NCBI RefSeq assembly: GCF_003339845.1
Contig: NZ_PPTR01000004.1
Coordinates: 167,719 to 231,718, forward strand
Reading direction: 5' to 3'
DNA: 64,000 nucleotides
Origin: Gordonibacter sp. 28C
Lineage (GTDB): Bacteria; Actinomycetota; Coriobacteriia; Coriobacteriales; Eggerthellaceae
Part shown: piece by piece, positions 1 to 8,959 of the stretch
Numbering within the stretch: position 1 is the first letter of the stretch
Layout of the letters: every line of letters starts with the position of its first letter
The notes under the pieces: generated by a model
What the model was told of the DNA's origin: nothing
Databases searched by the model: none
What the model saw: the letters and a program-made list of their open reading frames with translations, nothing else
Position numbers and translations under genes: made by a program

Positions 1-103
1 CACGCGCGATTTCGATAACCACTGCGATGCCCTCAACGCTATCGTCGAAAAGTGCTACGGTCGCGTCGCCGCCTCCCTCGGCATCTCGGATCAGGTCGAG
101 CAT
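1..103 (-). CDS. hypothetical protein, N-terminal fragment (gene continues beyond window start)
   Basis: Minus-strand frame is open from the ATG at 103..101 to the window edge. Translation MLDLIRDAEGGGDATVALFDDSVEGIAVVIEIAR is protein-like, and there is an in-frame TAG just upstream of the ATG. The ORF track missed it because it has no stop inside the window. Confidence 0.3.
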   Translation of the reverse strand, partial: MLDLIRDAEGGGDATVALFDDSVEGIAVVIEIAR

Positions 104-339
104 GCCAGGCGCAGGCTCGCAACCGAGATATCTTCGGGATCGATTTCGTCCGCCGTGCTACCGAAAAGGACTTTGGGCCTTTCTTAAAGAGGTGACTGGG
201 GGGATTACTTTCCTGGCTCGGTTTGGGATGCAAGTCTCGCCCGGCGATCTGTCAGGAGTTCGCCTTCGTATGTGAAGCTGGCTGGGATCAATATGGGTGT
301 GGGCCCCGCCGATTTCCGGCGAGGGTTGTGATGCTGTCG

Positions 340-1575
340 CTATTTTGCCGCTTGTTCTTTACAGTAGGTCGCACGACACGAGTTGCTGCAAAATGAACGC
401 TCGCCACCCTGGGTTCCCGAGAGCACGGTCCGCATACATCTCCTGCAAGTCAGTAGGTAACGGTCGGGGTGGTTTCTGGCGAGCAGCCACATTGCTTCTA
501 GTATGTTACGCGGTTTTCGCTCGGAGGCGATCTCGGTCATCTTCACGCCGGAATATGCGATTTGCGGCTGAAAGAGCCTTCCATCAATTGCCTGTAGCAA
601 TCGGTTCGCTATCTGCATCTGATCCTTTACGGGCTTACTGTCGATGTCTGAGCTTACGGCTAGATAACACCATCTGTTCTCTTCCGGGCGGCCTTTGCGG
701 TCGATACTCCCGCCTGACAAGGTGAGGAATCTAACGAATTCGTTTCCCTCGCCTTTCAGGTGATGGCCGATGGCGACCTGATTTGACGGCTTCCCGATAT
801 CGACAAGGTTGGCGTAAAGGGGCCAGGCACTTCGGATATCGAGGGGCGCGTCGGCAATTGAGAGGATATCTGTGCGATAGAACGGGTTGTATGCCACGGG
901 GATCGCAAAGCAGGCGCCGGGGCCCATATCGAACCGGTCTTTCAGATCCGACGGCTCGACCTTGCGAAACCGGGCGGACTCCAGGATGGTCTTGGGGTCA
1001 GCTCCTGTCCTGTAAAGCCCTCCTATGCGCAGGACTATCGAAAGCAGGTTCCTTGCAAAAATCCAGTCGTGCAATGGCTCTACGACAGCTCGGAACCGTA
1101 AATCGAGGTAGGACAGGTCCTCGGCTTTCGAGAAGTCAAACCCGTCGATAAGGTCCCTCGCGGCTTTCTTTCCCGTCCTGCCGATTTCCCTATAGCCTAC
1201 TCCGTCTGTTCCAGTGGGCTCGGCATATGGATCGAAGTAGCACTCAGATAGCAGACTGCCCAGATCGGATGGGACGAGGTTCATTTCACGCACGATGCCC
1301 TGCTGAAGTTCACCGGGTATGAAGATGCGACCTGCGAGATCGTCCTTTGCGGCGAACATGGGGCCGAGACCCTGTGCCGCCAAGACCAGCGACTTCGCAT
1401 CCCTCGCCATCATGAGCTCATTGAAGGCATTGGAGTCTACCGGAGGATAATTCGCCCCTATATCGTCGATTGCCAGGATTCTGACGAGGACATGCTTACC
1501 CGACTTCCCGTCCTTCGCGATATAGATTCGATCGGTGCTCATATGGCCCCCTCTTTCAGTCAACGAAACTGGCAT
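340..1575 (-). CDS. hypothetical protein with C-terminal Cys-rich zinc-ribbon (CRRC...CSNSC...C)
   Basis: 411-aa ORF with diverse composition and a C-terminal 4-8 Cys cluster. The second Met (MSTDRIYIAKDG) is a plausible start. No family recognised by eye. Confidence 0.55.
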   Translation of the reverse strand: MPVSLTERGGHMSTDRIYIAKDGKSGKHVLVRILAIDDIGANYPPVDSNAFNELMMARDAKSLVLAAQGLGPMFAAKDDLAGRIFIPGELQQGIVREMNLVPSDLGSLLSECYFDPYAEPTGTDGVGYREIGRTGKKAARDLIDGFDFSKAEDLSYLDLRFRAVVEPLHDWIFARNLLSIVLRIGGLYRTGADPKTILESARFRKVEPSDLKDRFDMGPGACFAIPVAYNPFYRTDILSIADAPLDIRSAWPLYANLVDIGKPSNQVAIGHHLKGEGNEFVRFLTLSGGSIDRKGRPEENRWCYLAVSSDIDSKPVKDQMQIANRLLQAIDGRLFQPQIAYSGVKMTEIASERKPRNILEAMWLLARNHPDRYLLTCRRCMRTVLSGTQGGERSFCSNSCRATYCKEQAAK

Positions 1576-1584
1576 GCTTTTGCC

Positions 1585-2526
1585 TTATTTGTTCTCGGTC
1601 TGGCGGTATACGCGGAGCTCCCATTGCTTTCGCTCGACTTTCGCCACGGCGTCCAGGATGAAGCCCGTGGCGAGCGAGAGGGCGGCCATGAACATGAGTG
1701 CCGCGGCGAGGATGGCGGTCGGAAACCGCGGTACGAGGCCGGTGGCGAGGTATTCGGTCACTACCGGCATTCCAGCGAACAGGCCGCCGATGCAGAACGC
1801 CAGGGCAACCAGCGAGAAGAACTTCAACGGGCGGTAGTCTTTGAACAGGGTGCCGATCATCGCGATCACCTTCAGGCCGTCTTTCACTGTGTTCAGTTTT
1901 GAGACCGAGCCCTCGGGGCGGTCGCGGTATTCCACCGGGACGTCGGCAATGCGCCAGCGCCGGTCGACGGCGTGAATTGATAGCTCGGTCTCAATCTGGA
2001 AGCCGCAGGAAAGGACGGGAAACGTCTTGATAAAGGGTTTGGACATGGCGCGATAGCCCGTCATGACGTCGGAGTATTCGTAACCGTAAATCCATTTGAT
2101 CATGTCGCGAACCAAATCGTTTCCGAAGCCATGGAACGCCCGCCTGTTTTGCTTGGCGTACGTCCCGTTTGACAGTCTGTCGCCGACCACCATGTCGGCA
2201 TGCCCGACTAGGATCGGCTCGCATAGGCATCGCGCCGCCTCGGCAGGATAGGTATCGTCACCGTCCACCATGAGGTAACAGGCGGCATCGATATCGCGGA
2301 ACATCTGGCGGCAGACGTTTCCCTTGCCGCGGCGCGGCTCGAATCGGACGGTTGCACCGTGTTTCGCTGCAATCTCGGCGGTCGCGTCGGTCGAATCGTT
2401 GTTATAAACGTAGACCGTTGCCTCGGGCAGCTCGCGGTGGAAGTCGTCAACCACCTTGCCGATAGTCTGAGCCTCGTTATAGCAGGGAATGATTACCGCA
2501 ATCTCGTCTTGATCCACCCAGAGCAC
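1585..2526 (-). CDS. family 2 glycosyltransferase, GtrB/dolichol-phosphate-mannosyltransferase-like (bactoprenol sugar transferase)
   Basis: IAVIIPCYNE start motif, DGDD(T) and two C-terminal TM helices typical of GtrB-like GT2. The annotated 5' end overlaps the upstream ORF, so the true start is probably GTG at ~2526 or ~2517 (VLWVDQDEIAVII). Confidence 0.85.
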   Translation of the reverse strand: MLWVDQDEIAVIIPCYNEAQTIGKVVDDFHRELPEATVYVYNNDSTDATAEIAAKHGATVRFEPRRGKGNVCRQMFRDIDAACYLMVDGDDTYPAEAARCLCEPILVGHADMVVGDRLSNGTYAKQNRRAFHGFGNDLVRDMIKWIYGYEYSDVMTGYRAMSKPFIKTFPVLSCGFQIETELSIHAVDRRWRIADVPVEYRDRPEGSVSKLNTVKDGLKVIAMIGTLFKDYRPLKFFSLVALAFCIGGLFAGMPVVTEYLATGLVPRFPTAILAAALMFMAALSLATGFILDAVAKVERKQWELRVYRQTENK

Positions 2527-2533
2527 TTCCCTA

Positions 2534-2761
2534 TTAGATATCGAGATAAACGCACGGAGCGTCCTCAAAGCCGCCCTCTCGGTTCGCGAGGCGAATCTGG
2601 CCGCACTCTTCGCCAATAACCTCGGCCCTGGCTATAGAGGGCGGCAGGCGAAATAAATCCTCGTGGTCGATAAAGGCCGCGCACGTCACCCACCCGCCTT
2701 CTCGGATGATCACGAGTTCGCCCACATTGGTCTTTTCGCGGCAATACTGGATAACGGTCAT
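2534..2761 (-). CDS. hypothetical small protein (75 aa)
   Basis: ORF between a small coiled-coil ORF and the GT2 gene. Its ATG sits 4 nt after the upstream stop, so it looks operonic. No recognised motif. Confidence 0.45.
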   Translation of the reverse strand: MTVIQYCREKTNVGELVIIREGGWVTCAAFIDHEDLFRLPPSIARAEVIGEECGQIRLANREGGFEDAPCVYLDI

Positions 2762-2764
2762 CGG

Positions 2765-2914
2765 TCTACTCCTTGTCCTTATTGGATAAATTCTTTTCGA
2801 TCTGCTTCAGCAGATCGAGCTTTTGGGCCTCGATCTCGTTGCGCCTGCGCAGCTCATCGGCAACCCTCTCCAACTTGCGTTCGATGGAGTATAGGTCACT
2901 TGCATCTACAGACA
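2765..2914 (-). CDS. hypothetical small coiled-coil protein (49 aa)
   Basis: Not in the ORF track because it is under 60 aa. The RBS GGGGAAGGAG lies 7 nt before the ATG. Translation: MSVDASDLYSIERKLERVADELRRRNEIEAQKLDLLKQIEKNLSNKDKE. Confidence 0.4.
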
Positions 2915-3039
2915 TTTCGAACTCCTTCCCCTTGGATGTCGTTTCGGGTCTTCAATCGCTATGAGGGGATACGCCTCCAATGTCCAGAGTTCTACCCGCG
3001 ATGGAAAAATCTATTCGTTGAACGGGGTAAATATCGAAA

Positions 3040-3066
3040 AAGGCACCCGGTTTCCGGGTGCCTTGG
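3040..3066 (-). terminator. rho-independent terminator (9-bp stem GGCACCCGG/CCGGGTGCC, T-run on minus strand)
   Basis: Perfect hairpin followed on the minus strand by TTTTTCGATATTT, immediately 3' of the 3119..3433 gene. Confidence 0.55.
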
Positions 3067-3118
3067 CGTAGGTGTCGCGAGCATAAGAAGGCTCTATACC
3101 ATTGGCTTGTTCTGACAA

Positions 3119-3433
3119 TTATACGAACTCATGAACCCACCATCGGACGGTTGGTGGCATGCCTGTTTCTGGTCGGTTTAGGTGCTGCTCTAGGTACAAG
3201 CTCGTTCTTCGGTTTGCAATGCTTACGCGGTATTTAGCCGTGAAGAAGCCTTCGAAGCCGGGGCGGAACTCCCCCACCTCGATCACTTGCGTCACTCTAA
3301 AGGTGCGACCGTCGCGCCACGCGATGCTTAGTGGCTCCAAAAAGCCGTCGTCGCGCATGTGTGCGACGACGTCAACGTATCGCTTGTGAACGCGTCTCAT
3401 TCTGCCGTTGCCGTCTTTTATCCAATCTTCCAT
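3119..3433 (-). CDS. hypothetical protein
   Basis: 109-aa ORF (TTG) or 104 aa from the ATG (MEDWIKDG). It is followed by a terminator. No family recognised. Confidence 0.5.
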   Translation of the reverse strand: MEDWIKDGNGRMRRVHKRYVDVVAHMRDDGFLEPLSIAWRDGRTFRVTQVIEVGEFRPGFEGFFTAKYRVSIANRRTSLYLEQHLNRPETGMPPTVRWWVHEFV

Positions 3434-3885
3434 ATATCCGATTATCAAACAGGAACCCGTTATCGGGTAGCGAACAAACGATGGAGATTCACTGAGTGAG
3501 CAAGCAGATCAGTGTTCTAGCGAATGAAGCAGCTGAGAATACGTCGTGTCGGGTGGGCGGTCTTTCACCATGGCATGACTGCTGGTAACTATGATGGCGT
3601 TGAGCATTTCATTTGCCGGGTCGGCATTTTCCGCGCACGGGTTGCTGACCCAAACATAGCGGATGTAACGCCTGTATTTGGCGGTGTCGGAAACGTCTTT
3701 TACGAGACAAACGCAACTCCCTTTCAGAAGAATATCTTTTAACCAGGCGCTTGCCTCGCGGCCACCCTCGGTGTTCTAGGATTCGTCGGGGTTGACCGAT
3801 TCAGGGGCGTCAATCCCAATCAACCTAATGCGCATGTTTTCACCGTTAGTAGCAGGTTTCACGTCGACGGTGTCAAGGTGAAACG

Positions 3886-3913
3886 CCTGCGGCGGCCGTT
3901 TTGCCGCCGCAGG
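3886..3913 (-). terminator. stem-loop terminator downstream of acidic-tail gene
   Basis: 11-bp perfect stem CCTGCGGCGGC/GCCGCCGCAGG with a CGTTTT loop, 20 nt after the stop at 3932. The trailing T-tract is weak. Confidence 0.4.
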
Positions 3914-3931
3914 TATCCTTGCGGTTACTTT

Positions 3932-4924
3932 CTAGAAGAGGTCGGCGAACATCGAATCGTCCTCCTCGTAACCATCGTCGTCATCACCGCCGTCACCATC
4001 ATCGTCATCGTCGTCGGGATCATCGGTATATTCATCCGGGTCATCTTCGGAATCTGAGTCGATATCGGCCTCGGCGGGCTCGGGTTCGCTTTCGGTATCC
4101 GTTTCGTCTCCCGCGGTTTCTGCAGGGGACTCGGATGCGGCGGCGTCGGGGGTATCTTCAATTGAAACCCGATCGGAGGCGATGCCTTCGGCGGTGACTG
4201 CCGCCGTGTCGTCGGCTTCCCCGTCTCGGGACGGCTGCGGTTCGCTTTCGGTAGCGGCGTCGTCGCCGGTGGAATCGTCCGAGACGGTACCGCCGCCGCT
4301 CACCATGCCGCCCGCGGTCTTCATGGCTACGAGCGCGCCGCCAAAGGTCATGAGCTCCATGTGCGCGTACTGCTCAGGATCGACCACGACCGTGGGTTCG
4401 GGGCGGAGCTCCATGAGGTTTCGGTCGCCGCGCGTCCAGGCTCCGCGGGTCCAGGTGATGCCCGAGTCCAGGTCGCTCCAATCGATCAGGTCGTCGGCCA
4501 TGAGCATGCCGTCGCCGAACGAGAGCACGGTCGGCACGATCGTCTCGTAGCTACCGGACTCATAGTAGATGCATAGGCCCTGCCCGTGGTCGCCCATGAA
4601 GTTGCCGCTGTCGTCGAACAGCACCTCGAACACAGCCGGGGCCAAACGCGACCCGTCCTCGGTCCTCATGAGGATCGGCTTGCCATCCGCATAGACGCCA
4701 TCGATGGCGTCCAACTCATCTGGCTCGATGATCGTCACGGCGCGCTTGAGGAGCTGCATGTCATCGCTGGTGGTGATGAACACGCTGCGCTCAAGAAGCA
4801 CGCCCTGGTTCAGGTAGTCGGAAATGTCGAGGAAGTCGTCCTCGAGCATGATGCCGCTGTGCAGGTCCATGCGCGTCGTCTCGATCACGCGGGTCCTGTC
4901 GTGCATCTTCACGATGATGTTCAC
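3932..4924 (-). CDS. hypothetical protein with ~130-aa poly-acidic (D/E-rich) C-terminal tail
   Basis: 330-aa ORF whose last third is almost entirely D/E/S/T/G (…DDPDDDDDDGDGGDDDDGYEEDD…). It lies directly downstream of the relaxase in the same operon. Confidence 0.7.
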   Translation of the reverse strand: MNIIVKMHDRTRVIETTRMDLHSGIMLEDDFLDISDYLNQGVLLERSVFITTSDDMQLLKRAVTIIEPDELDAIDGVYADGKPILMRTEDGSRLAPAVFEVLFDDSGNFMGDHGQGLCIYYESGSYETIVPTVLSFGDGMLMADDLIDWSDLDSGITWTRGAWTRGDRNLMELRPEPTVVVDPEQYAHMELMTFGGALVAMKTAGGMVSGGGTVSDDSTGDDAATESEPQPSRDGEADDTAAVTAEGIASDRVSIEDTPDAAASESPAETAGDETDTESEPEPAEADIDSDSEDDPDEYTDDPDDDDDDGDGGDDDDGYEEDDSMFADLF

Positions 4925-4927
4925 CGT

Positions 4928-6988
4928 CTATCTCCTTCTCGTGTAGTTAGCCGGCGTATAGCCGTCGTCCTCGATGTCGTCTCGGGTCTGTGCGTATGTC
5001 CGCGCGTCCCTCGCGTTGTCCCCGTCCCTCTTCTCAAGCTCGAGGTTCTTGGCCTTCGGATGCGAGTTCAGGAGCGCGTTGACGTCCGCGATGGTCGGCT
5101 CGCCGCCGAGGCTGTCGATGTCGGCCTGCGCGATGACGCCGGACTCCACGAGGTCTTCGAGATATTTCATTTGCTTGTCGGTCGCGGGGCGTTGGAGGTA
5201 GGGCTTCCATCCGGGCTTCGCCCTCTTGTCCGTCTCGCCGGTTGCGGCGACCGTCACGGGAGCGTCCTGCGCCCATTCGCTTCCGGCCATGCCGTATGCC
5301 GAGCGCTCCGCGCGCAGATCCTCCTCGCGCTGCTCGCTGATGATTTTCGCCTTGGCGCGCTCGTGGTCGCGCTCGATCTGCTTGATCCTGTCCGGCGTGA
5401 GCGCGCCGGCCGCGATCGCCTCCGAATAGGCCTTGCGATAGCGGACGTACTCGCGCGTCAGCTTGGCGGTCTGCTCGGCGGTGATGACCTTGGCGGCGCG
5501 CCCGTTGCGCCCGGGGCCCTTCTGCCTCTCGCCGCGGCCCTTCACATCGGTGGGGCCGACAGGCATCTGTGATGATGCCAGGACATCGACCGCGGCGGAA
5601 AGGCGGCGCGAGCGGTTGCGGATGTCGCCTGCCGCCGAAACGAGGTTCGCGGCATCTGCCTTGACGCCGTCGCGGCGCGCGAGAAGGTCCGTATAGGTCG
5701 TATCGGTGAGCGCGATGCCGCGCTCGGCCATCCACTTGCGGATCTTTTCCATCTCGCGGAGCTCGTCGGCGTTGTCCTCGCGCCATGCCGCGAGCGCGCC
5801 GGGGCTTTCCGGGCGCACGGTCAGCTGCGCGGCGCAGGCCGTGTATACCTCGACCTGGCGGATGGCCTCGGCTGTCTGCTCGGCCTCAAGCTTGAGGGCG
5901 TCGGTCTTCGCGTCGAGCGCTTCGACCTCGGCGGCGAGGCGTCTGGCGTCGGCCGCCATGTCCGCGTAGCTGAGGTAGCCGCGCTCTCGGATGATGTTCA
6001 CGGCATCGGCCGCGGCGGCGAGGCGCGCGGCGGAGCGCTCGATCCTCTTCGACCGCTCGAGGTTGTTGGACGCGACCGCCTCGAAAGTCATGGGCGGCAG
6101 GACGACGTCCGGGACAAGGCCCTCGGCGCACATCTTCACGTTCGGGCGCTGTCCCTCGAGACGCACGGCAAGACGGTCACGCAGTCCTTCGACCGTATAG
6201 GAGTCGTCCAGCTTGTAACCCTTCACGGGATGCCCTTTGCCCTCGGGCGGGTAGAACGTCAGCACGCCGCGGCGGTTGACGTTGATGCGGTATCCCTTCT
6301 CCGCCAGACGCCCCTCGAGCGCGGGCCATGTACGGCAACCCTGTAGGGCCGACTCGATATCGTCGTGCATCGCGTCGGTCCATAGCTTCTTCCCGCTGTA
6401 CCGTGCGCGGCGCTGGGCGTCCGTCACATGCCGGCGAGCCGGGCGCGCCTCCTGCAAGACGACCTCGCGGCGACGGTCGGGGCGCGGCGTGCGCGCGTAC
6501 CAGGCACCGTCCTCGTCTCTTGAGAACCTGAAGTTGTCGAACGCCGAATAGCCGTAATCGTGGCAGATGCGCTGGAGCTCCATCGCGTCGGCCTGCACGT
6601 CATCGTCGTCGAGGTGTATCTTCCTGCCGTCCACCGGGTTGACGGAGTTGACCACGATGTGCGCGTGCGGGATGCCATTGTCGATGTGGGTCTCGATCAC
6701 CCACTGGTATCCAGTGTAGCGCTCACGCACCCAATCGTATGCCAGCGTATCGACCGCTCGGGCATCCAGGCCGTCCTCGGGGTCGGGCGAGATCACGAAA
6801 TGGTAGTACTTGCGCCCCTTGTCCTTACCGAACATCTGGCGCGTCTCGTTCATCCGCTCGTCCCAGTCGCCGTCGTCTAACTCGATTGAGCTGGAACGGA
6901 ATGTCACGGCGCGGCCGTTGCGCGCGAGGTAGTCCTTTATCTGCTTGCATCCGCCGAACTTGCGGGCGAGCGTCTTGAGCATCGCCAT
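4928..6988 (-). CDS. relaxase/mobilization nuclease (MobA/VirD2-like, MOBP-type)
   Basis: N-terminal relaxase domain with the YYHFVISPDPED and HIDNGIPHAHIVVNSV (HxDx…HxH metal-binding) motifs. Long coiled-coil, charged C-terminal region. Confidence 0.9.
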   Translation of the reverse strand: MAMLKTLARKFGGCKQIKDYLARNGRAVTFRSSSIELDDGDWDERMNETRQMFGKDKGRKYYHFVISPDPEDGLDARAVDTLAYDWVRERYTGYQWVIETHIDNGIPHAHIVVNSVNPVDGRKIHLDDDDVQADAMELQRICHDYGYSAFDNFRFSRDEDGAWYARTPRPDRRREVVLQEARPARRHVTDAQRRARYSGKKLWTDAMHDDIESALQGCRTWPALEGRLAEKGYRINVNRRGVLTFYPPEGKGHPVKGYKLDDSYTVEGLRDRLAVRLEGQRPNVKMCAEGLVPDVVLPPMTFEAVASNNLERSKRIERSAARLAAAADAVNIIRERGYLSYADMAADARRLAAEVEALDAKTDALKLEAEQTAEAIRQVEVYTACAAQLTVRPESPGALAAWREDNADELREMEKIRKWMAERGIALTDTTYTDLLARRDGVKADAANLVSAAGDIRNRSRRLSAAVDVLASSQMPVGPTDVKGRGERQKGPGRNGRAAKVITAEQTAKLTREYVRYRKAYSEAIAAGALTPDRIKQIERDHERAKAKIISEQREEDLRAERSAYGMAGSEWAQDAPVTVAATGETDKRAKPGWKPYLQRPATDKQMKYLEDLVESGVIAQADIDSLGGEPTIADVNALLNSHPKAKNLELEKRDGDNARDARTYAQTRDDIEDDGYTPANYTRRR

Positions 6989-6989
6989 G

Positions 6990-7603
6990 CTAGCGCTCCA
7001 CTTCCGACTGCCGCCTGAGCTGCATCATGAGGCCGCGCGTCTCCGCGAGCGCCTTGCAGTAGGGGTCCTTCAGGGTTGCGACGAAGTTCTCGATCTGCCC
7101 GATCAGCTCGCGTCGATGCTCCTTGCTCACGTCGGGCATGTCCTGTAGGAGGACCAGTGTGTTGGCCGCGGCGGTGAGCTGGTTCAGGTTCACGCCTTGC
7201 TTGTTGAGCTCGTAGAAGAACTTCTGAAAGAAATCGGGGTCGCCGATGTAGTACATGGGCGTATGGAGGATGCGGTCGACCATGAAGCGCGATTGCGTCA
7301 TGCCGGCCTTCTTGGCAGCGGACCGGATGAAGGTATCTTCGTAGGGCGTCACATTGAAATGCTTCTGCACCGTGCGGTGCTCGGTGTCGAGCAGTCCTTC
7401 CAGCGCCTCCTTCACGTCTACGCGCTCGCCGCCTGGAAGCTTCGATAGCGTGAATTCCTGCTTGCCGTAGATCGCCGTCTCGCGGATGAAGTCCGTGACG
7501 GTCGCACCTGCAAGGCTCGCCTTGGCCTTGAGTGTGCCGATCTCTTCCTCGGTCAACCTGATGCTGACCATCCTTGTCTGCGAGGTGGCTTTTTTTGCCA
7601 CGC
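6990..7603 (-). CDS. mobC: MobC-like relaxosome accessory protein (ribbon-helix-helix)
   Basis: MVSIRLTEEEIGTLKAKASLAGATVTDFIRETAI is a typical MobC/RHH N-terminus. The gene sits immediately upstream of the relaxase. Start is GTG at ~7603 (GGAGG RBS) or ATG at 7573. Confidence 0.8.
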
Positions 7604-7729
7604 TTCCTCCAATTTCTCGCGCACCTGTGCGCGACCCCGGTCCAAGGGCGGAGCCCTGGCAAGCGCCGGAGGCGGGCGGGTTTCCGTCGGCGGGCTGTGC
7701 CCGGTGGCGGAAACCTGACCGCCTCCGGC

Positions 7730-7830
7730 GGCATAGTTGTACATACATCCACGATGGAGGTACAACTATGCGTCTCTTGCGAAGTTTTCAGTATCCTACC
7801 CCTATTTGCCTGTGTTTAAACCGGTTTACA
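7730..7830. promoter_or_regulatory. candidate oriT / mobC-relaxase promoter region
   Basis: 10-bp perfect inverted repeat ATAGTTGTAC…GTACAACTAT at 7733-7769 next to an RP4-nic-like GTATCCTAC. A perfect palindrome AAACCGGTTT sits at ~7816. TTTAAAC-N12-GGGTAGGATACT resembles the island promoter module. Confidence 0.3.
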
Positions 7831-8351
7831 CCGGTCATCCGATGCCGTTATACCGTCCGCGTTTCGGCTGTCCCTCGTCTCTTTCGCGACGAACGGGACG
7901 CTGCTCATCTGTTGCAAGTCCGATACGGCTCGGATACCGTCACGGCCGTATAAGTTGTTTTCAGCGATGAGAAGGAGGGTCATATGGATGCTGACGATTG
8001 CGCCCGTATCATCGAGGGGGTGGCCGCCGTGCTCGATCTGCTCGCGGCCGAGGGCGATGCCGTGGACGACCCGGCGCCGATCTACGAGCTGCTTGCGGAG
8101 AGATGTCGGCATGTCCGCGTGGCACTCGAAGTTATGACGGGGTGCGGTAGCCTGCGTGCCCGATCGCGGCAGGAGTCTTGCGCGCGGGCGCGTGTCCAAC
8201 GTCTCGGTGCGCGCCGATCCGATACCTCCCGGCTCCGGCGGGCGCGCATCGAGGCGGGGCGGGGCCTGGCCGTCTGTGTCCGCCGCGAGCGTTTCCGCTC
8301 GCTTTCCATCGTTGTCCGGTCAGTGTTCCGGGCGTTGCGTCGCGACATGAA

Positions 8352-8382
8352 AAAGGCCGCCACCGTGTTCCGGTGGCGGCCT
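8352..8382 (-). terminator. rho-independent terminator (stem GGCCGCCACCG/CGGTGGCGGCC, TTTTT on minus strand)
   Basis: 11-bp stem with a 5-nt loop, followed on the minus strand by CTTTTTCAT, 30 nt after the stop of the 8413..8778 gene. Confidence 0.55.
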
Positions 8383-8412
8383 CTCGCCCGGCGACCCTCG
8401 CCAATGCGAGGT

Positions 8413-8778
8413 CTACGCCTTCTTGTCCGCGAGACGTTCGTAGTCGTCGCTCGAGAGCACCACGGCATACACGGCGCCGCCCTTCATCAGGTACGCCATG
8501 CCGTTGCGCTCGATGCGGCGCTCAATCTCGGCCTGCGGGTCGCTGACGCCGCCGAGGTCGACGCTGGACTCCATCAGGCGTCTGATGTCGTCCATCGTCA
8601 AGTTCTGCATCTGCTCGGTGAACGCTTGGCGCTTCTGGCGGGCGCGGCGCTTCTCGCGCTTCTCGGCCTCGGCCGTCTTCTTGGCAGCCTCGGCTGCGCT
8701 GTCCGCAGTCGAGGCCTTCGGCTTCTCGGTCGCGGTCGGCTCGATGTCGTACGGGACATCGCTATCGGTATCGAACAT
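8413..8778 (-). CDS. hypothetical Lys/Glu-rich protein
   Basis: 121-aa ORF with distinct composition (KPKASTADSAAEAAKKTAEAEKREKRRARQKRQ). It has a GGGAGGGAG RBS and a downstream terminator. Confidence 0.6.
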   Translation of the reverse strand: MFDTDSDVPYDIEPTATEKPKASTADSAAEAAKKTAEAEKREKRRARQKRQAFTEQMQNLTMDDIRRLMESSVDLGGVSDPQAEIERRIERNGMAYLMKGGAVYAVVLSSDDYERLADKKA

Positions 8779-8959
8779 ATTCTCCCTCCCCTCTGGTCAC
8801 GTCGCCGGCATTACCATTCGATGCTACCCAAAAGCGCCCGGTCCCAAACGCCGGCCGCCGTATCCGCAGTCCTGCAATTGCGCGGGCCGTTTCCGCCGCC
8901 TGTTTCGCGCGTTGCTCAAAAAGGATCCCCGCCATCGGTTCCGATGGCGGGGATCTGTG

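Noticed and set aside
3901-4197. His/Arg-rich 98-aa plus ORF (HRRHHRRHHHRHRRRDHRY)
   Set aside because: Exact antisense of the poly-acidic tail codons (GAC/GAT/GAG repeats read as His/Arg on the other strand). No RBS.
5034-6678. Multiple Arg/Gly/Pro-rich ORFs on both strands inside the relaxase gene
   Set aside because: Typical high-GC alternative-frame ORFs. The relaxase frame has clear catalytic motifs and carries the coding signal.
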